DNA of 50,369 nucleotides from Elusimicrobia bacterium RIFCSPLOWO2_12_FULL_59_9. GTDB taxonomy: Bacteria > Elusimicrobiota > Elusimicrobia > O2-12-FULL-59-9. The stretch covers positions 1 through 50,369 of the forward strand of contig MGUX01000066.1 of NCBI GenBank assembly GCA_001800185.1, written 5' to 3'. A program made the translations under genes and the position numbers. Position 1 is the first letter of the stretch. Every line of letters begins with the position of its first letter. The notes under the pieces are model-generated. The model made no database searches. It saw only the letters and a list, made by a program, of their open reading frames with translations, and was not told the DNA's origin. This document shows positions 17,172 to 26,355 of this stretch, piece after piece.

Positions 17172-17273
17172 TATAGGGGAAAGTGTTCGAGTGGTCCAGT
17201 GGTCGAGTGGTAGAGTGGTCCATTACGGCGGCATGGCTGCCGCTCCGTGATCGGATCATGGAGCGTTGCGGGA
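17156..17273 (-). repeat. Copy B of the shared promoter-upstream module
   Basis: It contains four tandem AGTGGTC-N octamers (17185-17216 region). The near-palindrome CTCCGTGATCGGATCATGGAG is at 17243-17263. It aligns with 5764-5905. Confidence 0.8.
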
Positions 17274-17283
17274 AAAGCAGCGC

Positions 17284-18561
17284 TCAAGCCGCGTCCCGGA
17301 AGTTTCCATGCCACACAGTCTTCGACTCAATATTCATGGCGGCAGACTCGCGCGGTGTAAGCTGCCCGGTCAGCACCGGGATGGTCATCTTCAGCAATAT
17401 AGTATAGAGCAGCATCCCGAAGCCCCATATCCCGGCGCAAATCAGCCATTCGTTGAGGGTCGGGAAGTACTCGACTATCTCGCCCAGGGGGCTGGGGATG
17501 AAGGCCGGGATAACCATGCCCATCCCCTTCTCGATCCAAATGCCCACGATGGCCAGCACACAAGCCAAGCTCAGGTATCTTAGACGGCGCGAGAACGGCA
17601 GCACCAGCAGGATGAGGGCCGCCGAATCGAGAACCATGGCTGTCCATATCCAAGGCACGAGGCCGTAGTGGCCGTGGAGGCCGAAGAATAAGTACTTGGC
17701 CGAGGCCACATGGGCTGAGTCGGTATAGAATTCCTTAAAAAGCTCGCAAAGCAAGAGGAAGACATTGATGATCATCGAGACCTGAACGATGTCCCGGAGC
17801 ATGAAGAGCGCCTTGTCAGTGACCTTGTAGGAGGACAGGCGGCGGATGACTTGCAAGGTCAGAATGAGGAAGCCCGGTCCGGCCGTGAAGGCCGAGGCCA
17901 AGAAACGCGGGGCCACGATGGCTGAGTTCCAGAAAGGCCGCCCCCCCAGGCCGACATAGAGAAATGCCGTCACGGTATGGATGCTGATAGCCCAGAACAT
18001 GGCGATGAAAACGAAGGGGATGTACCAGATTTTGGCCGGCTTGCGCTTGAGATACACCATATAGACCAAGTAGCCGGAGATTTGGACGTTCAGGGCCAGG
18101 TAGCCGTTGAGGACGATGACGTCCCAGCTCAGCATGGAGATGGGCCAATTAAACTTGCCGATCCCCGGAATCATATGCCAGAACCGGTCCGGGCGGCCCA
18201 GGTCCGCGGTGACGAAGAGCAGGCACATAACGATGACCGCCACGGCCAAGAGCTCGCCGAATATGACCACGTCGTGCAGCGTCTCGTCTTTGTAGACATA
18301 GACCGGCACCACCAGCATCACCGCGGCCGCCGCCATCCCCACAAGGAAGGTGAAGTTGGCGATATAGAGTCCCCAGGAGACCTGGTCGCTCATGCCGGTG
18401 ACGGTGAGGCCGGCGACGAGCTGCTTGCAGTAGGCGTTGAGCCCCAGAAGGGACACGGCTGTCAGTGCCGTCATCCATAGGTAGTAACGCCAATCCCCGT
18501 CGAGGGTCTTGCGGGCGCAGCGCCCGACGAATACCGCGTAGTCCTTGATGGCTTGGGTCAT
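17284..18561 (-). CDS. NrfD/PsrC-family membrane subunit (DsrP/HmeB/ActF-like)
   Basis: 425 aa with about 10 TM helices. The N-terminal pattern GLTVTGMSDQVSWGLYIANFTFLVG matches the NrfD-type first helices. It follows its FeS partner after a 2-nt gap. Confidence 0.85.
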   Translation of the reverse strand: MTQAIKDYAVFVGRCARKTLDGDWRYYLWMTALTAVSLLGLNAYCKQLVAGLTVTGMSDQVSWGLYIANFTFLVGMAAAAVMLVVPVYVYKDETLHDVVIFGELLAVAVIVMCLLFVTADLGRPDRFWHMIPGIGKFNWPISMLSWDVIVLNGYLALNVQISGYLVYMVYLKRKPAKIWYIPFVFIAMFWAISIHTVTAFLYVGLGGRPFWNSAIVAPRFLASAFTAGPGFLILTLQVIRRLSSYKVTDKALFMLRDIVQVSMIINVFLLLCELFKEFYTDSAHVASAKYLFFGLHGHYGLVPWIWTAMVLDSAALILLVLPFSRRLRYLSLACVLAIVGIWIEKGMGMVIPAFIPSPLGEIVEYFPTLNEWLICAGIWGFGMLLYTILLKMTIPVLTGQLTPRESAAMNIESKTVWHGNFRDAA

Positions 18562-18563
18562 GG

Positions 18564-19493
18564 TTAGAGGTTGAAGTAGTAGTAGAACCGGGGTAAAGTG
18601 CCGACCTCCTCCTTAAGGACATACACCCTTTTAGTTTTGATGATGTTGGCGATCTCGCTGTCGGGATCGAGAAGGTTGCCGAACTTGCGCGAGCCTGTGG
18701 GACAGACTTCGACGCAGGCCGGGTACTTGCCCTTTCGGGTGCGGTGCAGGCAGAAGTGGCACTTCTCCACGACGCCCTTTGGACGCGGCCGGTTGGAGAG
18801 GTAACCCATCTCCGGATTAAGTTCGTCTTTGGGGATCTCGGGCTTCTCAAAGTTGAAGCGCCGCGCCCCGTAGGGGCAGGCGGCCATGCAATAGCGGCAG
18901 CCGATGCACCAGTTGTAGTCGATGACCACGATGCCGTCGGGCTCCTGCCAGGTGGCCTGCACGGGGCAGGCCTTCACGCAGGGCGCCTTGCGGCACTGGT
19001 GGCACTGCACCGGCATGTAATAGAAGCCGTCCTTGGGGACCTCGCCCTCGTAGTCGGTCTTGGCGCTCTCCACGTCGATGGAACCCTTGCGCATCTGCAG
19101 GACACGGATGTATTGGATCTGAGGATTGCGCGACTGGTTGTTCTCCTTGGCGCAGGCGTACACGCACTTGCGGCAGCCGATACAGCGGCCGATGTTGAGG
19201 GCGTAGCCGAACTCGACGCCGGGAATGGGAGGAGGGTCGGTGACATTGGGGCGCACGCCGTAGTCCTTCTCGACCTGCGCGGCGATCCGTTCGAGAATGG
19301 CCTTCTTGTCCTCAGGGGTGAGCTCCTTGTAGTGCAGGCGGAGGAATTCCTCCAAAGTCGGCAGATCGACGACGTCTTTGAGGGGGGACAAGGCGGCCGC
19401 CGTGGCCGTCACGGCGCTGGTGGTCAACGCGGCCAGGAAGGCCCGACGAGAGATCTCATTGGCCGGTTCGCCCGGCTTGCGTTCCTCAGACAT
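18564..19493 (-). CDS. Tat-exported 4Fe-4S cluster protein (NrfC/DsrO/HmeA-like)
   Basis: 309 aa with the signal ISRRAFLAALTTSAVTATAAA. Cluster motifs are CIGCRKCVYAC, CHQCRKAPC, CIGCRYCMAACP and CHFC...CVEVCP. Confidence 0.9.
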   Translation of the reverse strand: MSEERKPGEPANEISRRAFLAALTTSAVTATAAALSPLKDVVDLPTLEEFLRLHYKELTPEDKKAILERIAAQVEKDYGVRPNVTDPPPIPGVEFGYALNIGRCIGCRKCVYACAKENNQSRNPQIQYIRVLQMRKGSIDVESAKTDYEGEVPKDGFYYMPVQCHQCRKAPCVKACPVQATWQEPDGIVVIDYNWCIGCRYCMAACPYGARRFNFEKPEIPKDELNPEMGYLSNRPRPKGVVEKCHFCLHRTRKGKYPACVEVCPTGSRKFGNLLDPDSEIANIIKTKRVYVLKEEVGTLPRFYYYFNL

Positions 19494-20134
19494 CAGTCGA
19501 GTCCTCCGTGGTTTTCGGCGCCGGCTGTCTTGCCGCCCTTAGCGCGTGTGCGCGGGTTGATATGGGGCGGCGGAGCGGCCTTCAGGGGCTTGAAGATGGG
19601 CCAGTGCGGGTTGTGGCAGGCGATGCAGACCTGAGTCTTGAGGGGGCCCTTAGCAGTGTCCCAAAAGCCGCTGCGCCGTCCATGGATGCCCAGGCCCCAG
19701 TCACGGTAGATCGTGCCGTGGCACTTCGCGCAGAGCAGTTGGATATTGTCGAGCTTGATGGGGCTGCCGTCGAAATTGGAGAAGTCCGCCGGCTGCATGC
19801 GGTGGTGGCAGTTGAAACAGTGCTGGTTGCGGCCGTGCTTAAGCTCAATGTGTTCATGGAAAATCCCCTTCTCATGGGGATTTCCCTGGAGCGGTTCGGC
19901 GCCCTCGTGGCAGGCCTGGCATGGAGCGCCATCGAAGGTCATCTCCGTGCGGACTTTGCGCACGGTGGAGGGGTCGGCGTATTCCGGGGATAGCTTGGGA
20001 ATGTCGTCGCGGCCCGGTCCTTTGCCGATGAGGTCCTTCGTGAAGACCACGGCCAGAGCGAGCAGGCAGGCGACGGCCGCGCCGGCGGCCGCCAAAGGAA
20101 TTCTCTTCGAGCCTTCGTCACGGTCCAAGGTCAT
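19493..20134 (-). CDS. Membrane-anchored tetrahaem cytochrome c (c3 family)
   Basis: 213 aa with an N-terminal TM helix. Four CxxCH motifs are present (CQACH, CFNCH, CAKCH, CIACH). Confidence 0.8.
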   Translation of the reverse strand: MTLDRDEGSKRIPLAAAGAAVACLLALAVVFTKDLIGKGPGRDDIPKLSPEYADPSTVRKVRTEMTFDGAPCQACHEGAEPLQGNPHEKGIFHEHIELKHGRNQHCFNCHHRMQPADFSNFDGSPIKLDNIQLLCAKCHGTIYRDWGLGIHGRRSGFWDTAKGPLKTQVCIACHNPHWPIFKPLKAAPPPHINPRTRAKGGKTAGAENHGGLD

Positions 20135-20910
20135 TTTCGCCCGGAGGCATCTTCCTTGTGCGCCTCAACGTAAAGGGTCTTGAGTTCCACCAAGAGGTCC
20201 TGGGAGCGGGGCAGGAGCTTCTTAAAGTCGAACTCATGCCAGAACCGGATGACGTCTTCGTAGGCCTTGTCGACCTTGGCCATTGCCCCGGGTTTCTTGA
20301 TGGACTTGTAGTAGAACTTGAGGCCCTTGCGGTATCCGTTGGCATGGTTGAGCCGCTCGAGAATCTCTTCGGCCTGGGCGATGACCTCGGGGTGGTTCTT
20401 GGTCCTGGGGTTGTGGCAGTTCTTGCAGGCCCGCTGGAGAATGGTCTTGGAATAGACGCGCGTGTTGAGCGAGCCGTGGCAGGTGATGCAATTGGGCCCT
20501 CGCCCCGCGGCATTCAACTGGTCGTAGTGTCGGCTCATGGCGAAGCGCGCGAGAATGGGCGCGTGGCAGTTGCCGCAGGTCTTTGGGATGTTCTTAAAAT
20601 AGAACGGGCTGTTAGGATTGGATTGAGGGAGGATGCCCTTATGAGCTTCCTCCTTGGATGCCTTAGTTGGTTCGCCGTTATGACAGGCCGTGCAGGAGAG
20701 CCCCGCTAAATCATGGGCGGAGCCGCTCCATTCCCGGTAGTAGTTGTATATCTTTTTATTCTGGACGCGGAATTTCTCATCCTGGTGGCACTCGCGGCAA
20801 GACTCGCGAGGCTCGGCGGCCACGACTTGTTGTCCCCAGGGAATCGACAGCAGGACCAAGAACAGGGCGGCTTGGACCATGAGCCTCGTGTTCTTCATTA
20901 AAATCGCCAT
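20131..20910 (-). CDS. Periplasmic pentahaem cytochrome c with a non-haem helical C-terminal domain
   Basis: 259 aa with a signal peptide. Five CxxCH motifs are present (CRECH, CTACH, CGNCH, CITCH, CKNCH). The last roughly 90 aa carry no haem motif. Confidence 0.8.
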   Translation of the reverse strand: MAILMKNTRLMVQAALFLVLLSIPWGQQVVAAEPRESCRECHQDEKFRVQNKKIYNYYREWSGSAHDLAGLSCTACHNGEPTKASKEEAHKGILPQSNPNSPFYFKNIPKTCGNCHAPILARFAMSRHYDQLNAAGRGPNCITCHGSLNTRVYSKTILQRACKNCHNPRTKNHPEVIAQAEEILERLNHANGYRKGLKFYYKSIKKPGAMAKVDKAYEDVIRFWHEFDFKKLLPRSQDLLVELKTLYVEAHKEDASGRK

Positions 20911-20917
20911 GCGGTTT

Positions 20918-21394
20918 TTAATCGGGGTTTGGAGGTCTTGATTGGTTTGCGAACAAATCTTTGAGTTTTTCCTGCTGAGCCTGGAATTCGCCCTGCTTTA
21001 AGATTTTCCTGACCTTGGAATCGTAGGTGAGAAAGTCCATGATCCTTTCCTCATCCGCCTTGCTCAATTCGATTCCGCGGCCTTTCATCTTGAGATGCAT
21101 CCTGCGCACATAGCGCTTCCAGACGTCCGCCTCCATGTACGGAGAGTTCAGGGGACGCGCCGTCGTATGGCAGGAGCCGCAGACGCCCAGGAAGAACCGG
21201 TAATTCGCCTTCTGATTCTCGGGGTAGCCGGACACGTCCACGGTGGGGGAGCCCAGGTCGTAGTAAAACGGCGGGACGGCCTTTGCGGAGGCAGCCGGGT
21301 TCTTCGGCGAGGGGGATTCTTCTTTTCCGCCGCAGGCCGCCAAGGAGAGCCCCGCAAGAAGGAGGACGATGAGGCCCGACGTTCGTATCCTCAT
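20918..21394 (-). CDS. Small monohaem cytochrome c lipoprotein, family copy 2 (ActE-like position)
   Basis: The ORF track extends to 21637, but ATG 21394 overlaps the upstream stop (ATGA). That start gives MRIRTSGLIVLLLAGLSLAAC with the lipobox LAAC. The core is YPENQKANYRFFLGVCGSCHTTARPLNSPY...FLTYDSKVRK. Confidence 0.75.
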   Translation of the reverse strand: MRIRTSGLIVLLLAGLSLAACGGKEESPSPKNPAASAKAVPPFYYDLGSPTVDVSGYPENQKANYRFFLGVCGSCHTTARPLNSPYMEADVWKRYVRRMHLKMKGRGIELSKADEERIMDFLTYDSKVRKILKQGEFQAQQEKLKDLFANQSRPPNPD

Positions 21395-22959
21395 GATGGG
21401 AAATAGGTGCGGATTCTCGCCACGACTTCCCCCTCGGCCTGCTCCTTTCCCTCCCGCACCTCCCAAATGGAGACGATGGGGAACACTCGGGTAAACATCG
21501 CATAGAGCATGACAAACGTCGAGATGCATCCCGCGAAGAGCGATATCTCCACCCAACTGGGCGTGTAGCCGCCGGTCGTATAGGGCAGCCGGGGTCGGAT
21601 CAAAGTGGGCACCACGATCAGAAATCTCTCCAGCCACATGCCCACGATCACAGTCGATGAAGCGATCACCGTCCCTCGGACCGTCTTCCCCAAGGGGGAG
21701 ACCAGGACGCCGAAGGGAACTACGAAGCAGGTGACGGCCATCAGCCAGAATGCGGGAGCGTAGGGCCCGCTGATCTTCAAGTTAAAGATCACCATGTGCT
21801 CGGGCTCGCCGCCGTACCAGGTCGTCAGGTATTCGGAGAACGTGAAGTAGAACCAGAGGCAGCACATCACCAGCAAGAGCTTGCCTAGATTCTCGAAGTG
21901 TATCGCCCGGAGATGGTTCTCCAGGCCATAGCCCTTGCGGAGCACCGCCATGGCGATGATGAGCGCCGCGATCCCCGAGAAGATGGCGCCGACCACGAAG
22001 TAGGGGCCAAAGATGGTCGAGTGCCACATCGGCTGGACCGTCATGCTGAAGACGTAGGAAACCACCGTGTGGACGCTGACGGCGACGGGAATCACCAGGA
22101 TGGCCATGATGGCGATGCATTTCTCCAACACTTCCCGTTCCTCGTGGCTGCCGCTCCAGTTCAAAGAAAGCAACTCGTAAAGGGGCTTGCGCCAGCCTTG
22201 AGCGCGGTCTCTGAGGATGGCGATGTCCGGGATAAGGGGAAGGTAGAGATAGAGGGTGCTGCCGATAAGATAGGTGGTGATGCTGCAGACGTCCCACATC
22301 AGCGGCGATTGAAAACGGCCTGCAAGAAAGACGTTAAGAGCGCGATCGGGACGGCCCAGATCAAGGATGATGTTGCCCGCCCCGAAGACGAGTACTAGGA
22401 CCGTGATCACCTCCGCCGAACGCGTGATGGAGCGCCGCCACTCCGCCTGGACGATCCTGAGTATGGCTGAGATCAGCGTTCCCGCGTGCGAGATGCCGAT
22501 GAAAAAGACGAAATTGGTGATGTAGAATCCCCAAAAGACCGGATTATTGAGACCCGTCACCGCGAGCCCGTAATACATCTGGTAGCACCAGGCGAAGATC
22601 GCCCAAAGGCTCACGCAGGTCAGGACCGCCATGGTCGCGAGGAATCCCCCCGTGGGCGCTTCGAAGATGGGGGCCACCAGGACTTCCTCCTCAGGGAATA
22701 TCTCCAGGGGGGCGGGGCTTTTTCCGCTTTTTGTTTTCCGCAACGCGATCTTGAAGAAAAGACGGGAGATGATCCAGGAAAGGATGATGAAGATGGGGCC
22801 GATGATGCTGCCCATGACCACGGCCGGCAGCCAGGCGTCGCCGAGCCGGTACGACGCGGCGGCGCGCCAGACGAACCAGCCGTTGGCCGCGACCGCGAAC
22901 GCGCAGAAGCCGGCGAAGCCCGCAAGCTGAACGTAAAAGGTCCAGTTCCTTGGTCTCAT
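21391..22959 (-). CDS. NrfD/PsrC-family membrane subunit (ActC-like) with an extra N-terminal roughly 110-aa TM extension
   Basis: 522 aa. From NPVFWGFYITNFVFFIGISHAGTLIS onward it is collinear with 5916-7274. The extra N-terminal segment holds 2-3 hydrophobic helices. Confidence 0.85.
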   Translation of the reverse strand: MRPRNWTFYVQLAGFAGFCAFAVAANGWFVWRAAASYRLGDAWLPAVVMGSIIGPIFIILSWIISRLFFKIALRKTKSGKSPAPLEIFPEEEVLVAPIFEAPTGGFLATMAVLTCVSLWAIFAWCYQMYYGLAVTGLNNPVFWGFYITNFVFFIGISHAGTLISAILRIVQAEWRRSITRSAEVITVLVLVFGAGNIILDLGRPDRALNVFLAGRFQSPLMWDVCSITTYLIGSTLYLYLPLIPDIAILRDRAQGWRKPLYELLSLNWSGSHEEREVLEKCIAIMAILVIPVAVSVHTVVSYVFSMTVQPMWHSTIFGPYFVVGAIFSGIAALIIAMAVLRKGYGLENHLRAIHFENLGKLLLVMCCLWFYFTFSEYLTTWYGGEPEHMVIFNLKISGPYAPAFWLMAVTCFVVPFGVLVSPLGKTVRGTVIASSTVIVGMWLERFLIVVPTLIRPRLPYTTGGYTPSWVEISLFAGCISTFVMLYAMFTRVFPIVSIWEVREGKEQAEGEVVARIRTYFPS

Positions 22960-23783
22960 GCTCCTTCCTTCAAATAGGTCACTTTGGGTTCGGCGCCCAG
23001 TTCTTCCAAAAGATGGAAGGCGCGGGGGTCCTTGGAGAGGTTGGCCGCGTCGCTGTCGTTGTTATTGAGATCCCCGAAGACGATGGCTTTCGCGGGACAA
23101 ATCTCCGCGCAGGCGGGCTGGTAATCATTTTCCCGCAGTGGCCGTCCCTCCGCCACAGCTTCCTCCTTGGCCCGTTGCAGGCGATGGTGGCAGAAGAGGC
23201 ACTTCTCAACCACGCCTTTGGGACGAATCGAGACGTCGGGATTAAAGGAGGCCTGCATCTCCTTCGGCCAGACCGGCGCTTTCCAGTTGAAGTCCTTGCA
23301 GGTGTAGGGACAGGCGTTGAGGCAGTAGCGGCAGCCGATGCAGCGCGAATAGACCTGGCCCACGATCCCTTCCTCGTTGCGAAACGTGGCGTAGACCGGG
23401 CACACCTTGGTGCAGGGGGGGGTGTCGCATTGCTGGCAGGGCATGGGCAGAAGCCTCTGCTTCGGCGCGGGAAACTCCCCCTCCTGAGAGGGAAGAATCT
23501 TGAGCCAACGGATGATCCTGCCCATCGCGGCTTCTTGAGGGTTTCCCAATGCCAGGTTGTTTTCCGTGGAGCATGCCACCACGCAGGAGCCGCACCCGGT
23601 GCACTTGTCCAGATCGATCACCATCCCCCAACGGTGCTCCCCCGGCTTGAGAGGCCTCTTGCCATGCCCCGCATCCCCAGGCGCGGTCCCCCACGCTTTG
23701 CCGATTCCACTCAGTAAGAACACGCCGAGAGTTCCAAGGAGACCCCGAAGGAATCCGTTGCGAGAGGTCGTCAAGCTTTCCAT
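22956..23783 (-). CDS. 4Fe-4S ferredoxin-type subunit (ActB2-like), paralog of 7271-8077
   Basis: 275 aa with the same four Cys-cluster pattern (CTGCGSCVVAC, CQQCDTPPC, CIGCRYCLNACP, CLFC...CAEICP). The Tat motif is degenerate (SRNGFLRG). Confidence 0.9.
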   Translation of the reverse strand: MESLTTSRNGFLRGLLGTLGVFLLSGIGKAWGTAPGDAGHGKRPLKPGEHRWGMVIDLDKCTGCGSCVVACSTENNLALGNPQEAAMGRIIRWLKILPSQEGEFPAPKQRLLPMPCQQCDTPPCTKVCPVYATFRNEEGIVGQVYSRCIGCRYCLNACPYTCKDFNWKAPVWPKEMQASFNPDVSIRPKGVVEKCLFCHHRLQRAKEEAVAEGRPLRENDYQPACAEICPAKAIVFGDLNNNDSDAANLSKDPRAFHLLEELGAEPKVTYLKEGA

Positions 23784-25813
23784 AGCTTCACCTCGGTCCC
23801 TTCCTCGCCTATCTCCAACGGGTTGGAGCCCAAGCCCTTGGCCCAGCGTCCGTAGCCGGCATGTCCCAATCCAACGGGGAGGCTGACCACTCCGGGCATG
23901 GCCGCCCGGGACAGACGCGCCCTGGCCTTGATCTTCCCTCTCCGGGATTCGACCCAGATCGCTTCTCCGTCCGATAGCCCCGGAAGCGAAGCGGTTTCAG
24001 GGTGCATCTCCGCCCAGGTCTCCCACGCCTCCTGCGTCTGAGGTCCCGCGACGCTTTGCAGATAGGGGAGATGCGCGCCCTCTCCGAAGGAAAAGGCGAG
24101 GGGCGCGTAAAGGTGCAGATGGAGAGGAAACCCCCCGTCCTCCCGCGCCTTTTTAACGTCCTGCAGTTTCAAAATGTCCGTCAATGCGTCGAACTCAAAC
24201 TTTCCCGAGCGGGTCGCATGGGGCTTGCCGGAGGCAGCAGCGCTCATCTCCCGCCAGATCTTTCCCCCGCTGCTTTCATGGAACATCTTTTCTGCCCGCA
24301 GTTTCTTCATATGGCCCATGACGTAGGAGTCAAAATCCGCTGGAACTCTCGTCCCAGCCAAAGCTCGCGTCAACGCCAGGAATATATCCCCGGGGTCCTT
24401 GGTCGCGTAGAGCGGCGCCACCGCTTCGGGGGCGGCGCCCAAGACCGCGCTCCCGTTCGCGGACACATGGAAAGAACAGTGGCCTCTTTCCAGGGGCGTG
24501 TGGCAGGGCAACACGAGATCGGAAGATAGCGCCGTCTCGTTTAGAAAAGAAGAGACCGTCGCCACAAAGGGCGTTTTCGCCACGATCTCTTTCCATCCCG
24601 ACGGCGACAGAAAGAGAGGATCGACACGATCGACCAGAAGCAGTTCCGGCGGCCGCGCCTGGAGACTTTGGTCGGCCAAGCCGTCCGCCCAAAAGCCTTC
24701 CCGTCCCTCCATCCCTGAGAATACGCCCCCCGTGCCGATGTTCCCCAAGAGGGCGTTGAGCGCGTGGACTGCCATCTGGGTCAGCAACGGCCCGCGGTTG
24801 GTGATGGCTGCCGCGGGTTTGAGGCTGGAGAGCTTGACCGCCAGCAAACGGATCTCCTTTTCGGGGACTTCCGTTGTCTTTGAAACATCATCAAGAGAAA
24901 GGGCGTCCAGGCTCTTTTTGAAGGCCTCGAAACCCCGGGACTGCGCGTGGATGAAGGCCTTGTCGTAGGTCTCATTGGCGATCAACTGCTTGGCCAGGAT
25001 CAACGCCAGAAGACCTTCCGTCCCGGGCCGGACGGGTACCCATTGGTCCGCCTTGCCCGCGGTCACGGAGAACCTCGGCTCGATCTGGACGATTTCGGCG
25101 CGGTCTCGAGACGGCCCTCGCCGAAGCTGCGCGAAAGCCATCTGCGCCTCGACCGGAGACGGGTAGGACTGGAGCCAGTCGAATCCAAAGGAGACCAGGA
25201 GCTTTGCGCGGCTCATGTGGAAAGCCACTCGGCGGCTTCCATGCATTCTCTCGTAAGCGTCGCTGGGAAACTCAGACTTGGGAAAGCCTAGGGCGAAAAA
25301 ATTATCCTTGCCTATGGAATCGGCCAAGCCCCGGAGCGCCTCGCCTTGTATGTCCCACGCCCGCGCCCGCGTTAGCGCGGCCAGCGGCTTAATCTTGCTC
25401 CCTGACTTCGCGCGGGTGATCTTCTCCGAGAGGGCGCGCAGGGCCTCATCCCAGGAGATCTCTTTCCACTCCCCGGATCCACGGGGGCCGCGTCTGAGCA
25501 GGGGAGTCCTCAGTCGATCTGGATGGTAGAGCTCTTGCAGGGAGGCCGCGCCCTTGGGACAGAGCCCGCCCTGATTGATCGGATGATCCGGGATCCCCGA
25601 GATTCCGACGGCATGGCCGTCGACCTTGCGCACGCGGATGCCGCAGCCCGCCGGACACAACCCGCAGATGGTGTAGGCGAAGCCCTCTTCCCCCATGGGC
25701 GGCGGCGCGTCTTCCTTGGGCGTGAGCACCGCCTTCTTGGCCCAGACCGGCAAGGCGGAGGTCAAGCCAGAGAAAATGCCGAACTTGAAGAAATTTCTTC
25801 GGGATATTTCCAT
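23771..25813 (-). CDS. Molybdopterin-oxidoreductase-like large subunit (ActB1-like), paralog of 8067-10217
   Basis: 680 aa with the Tat signal ISRRNFFKFG. The FS0 motif CGLCPAGC...LCPKG is present, and the protein is collinear with the 716-aa paralog. Confidence 0.85.
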   Translation of the reverse strand: MEISRRNFFKFGIFSGLTSALPVWAKKAVLTPKEDAPPPMGEEGFAYTICGLCPAGCGIRVRKVDGHAVGISGIPDHPINQGGLCPKGAASLQELYHPDRLRTPLLRRGPRGSGEWKEISWDEALRALSEKITRAKSGSKIKPLAALTRARAWDIQGEALRGLADSIGKDNFFALGFPKSEFPSDAYERMHGSRRVAFHMSRAKLLVSFGFDWLQSYPSPVEAQMAFAQLRRGPSRDRAEIVQIEPRFSVTAGKADQWVPVRPGTEGLLALILAKQLIANETYDKAFIHAQSRGFEAFKKSLDALSLDDVSKTTEVPEKEIRLLAVKLSSLKPAAAITNRGPLLTQMAVHALNALLGNIGTGGVFSGMEGREGFWADGLADQSLQARPPELLLVDRVDPLFLSPSGWKEIVAKTPFVATVSSFLNETALSSDLVLPCHTPLERGHCSFHVSANGSAVLGAAPEAVAPLYATKDPGDIFLALTRALAGTRVPADFDSYVMGHMKKLRAEKMFHESSGGKIWREMSAAASGKPHATRSGKFEFDALTDILKLQDVKKAREDGGFPLHLHLYAPLAFSFGEGAHLPYLQSVAGPQTQEAWETWAEMHPETASLPGLSDGEAIWVESRRGKIKARARLSRAAMPGVVSLPVGLGHAGYGRWAKGLGSNPLEIGEEGTEVKLWKA

Positions 25814-25817
25814 TTCG

Positions 25818-26318
25818 TTACTTATGGCAAGCCAGGCAGTCGTTGGTCACCTTCATCCTGTGGTGGCAGCCCATACAGCGCGCCATGCTGATAGTCACCG
25901 CTTGCCGCGTGACCGGCGCCTCCACCTTGGACATGTCGCCGTGACAGAGGGCGCAGTCCAGTTTGGCTAACCCCACGTGCCTGCGGTGGGAAAAATAGAC
26001 GTGGGTCGGCACGTTGTAGACCTTCTTCCAGGGGATCGGCTTGTTGGCCGAGACATAGTCGCGCACGGCTTTGGCTCTTGGATTTTCGTCATCGGAGGTG
26101 TGGCAGGCCGCGCAGACCTCCACCGTGGGAAGCCCTCCGCGCGCCTTCCCATCAGCGATGCCTGTGTGGCAGCCGGCGCACTCCAATCCCAGGGCGATGT
26201 GCTTCTTGTGGTTGTAAGCGACGGGTTGTTTTTTAGATCCCGACTGGTAACCGGCCAGCAAAAGCCAGACGAGGCCGATGAAGGCTAGGGACAAAACGGC
26301 CGCCGCAAGGTCTTTCAT
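25818..26318 (-). CDS. Membrane-anchored pentahaem cytochrome c (ActA-like), paralog of 10235-10744
   Basis: 166 aa with an N-terminal TM helix. Five CxxCH motifs are present (CAGCH, CAACH, CALCH, CMGCH, CLACH). Confidence 0.85.
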   Translation of the reverse strand: MKDLAAAVLSLAFIGLVWLLLAGYQSGSKKQPVAYNHKKHIALGLECAGCHTGIADGKARGGLPTVEVCAACHTSDDENPRAKAVRDYVSANKPIPWKKVYNVPTHVYFSHRRHVGLAKLDCALCHGDMSKVEAPVTRQAVTISMARCMGCHHRMKVTNDCLACHK

Positions 26319-26355
26319 CTATTTCCTTTTGCCGCAAGATGAAGTTCATTCCCGC

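Noticed and set aside
17185-17216. Tandem AGTGGTC-N octamers, and the copy at 5802-5830, considered as a CRISPR-like or microsatellite array.
   Set aside because: There are only four 8-bp units with no spacers, and they are embedded in a promoter-upstream module present twice. This is not a CRISPR architecture, and it is treated as a regulatory repeat instead.
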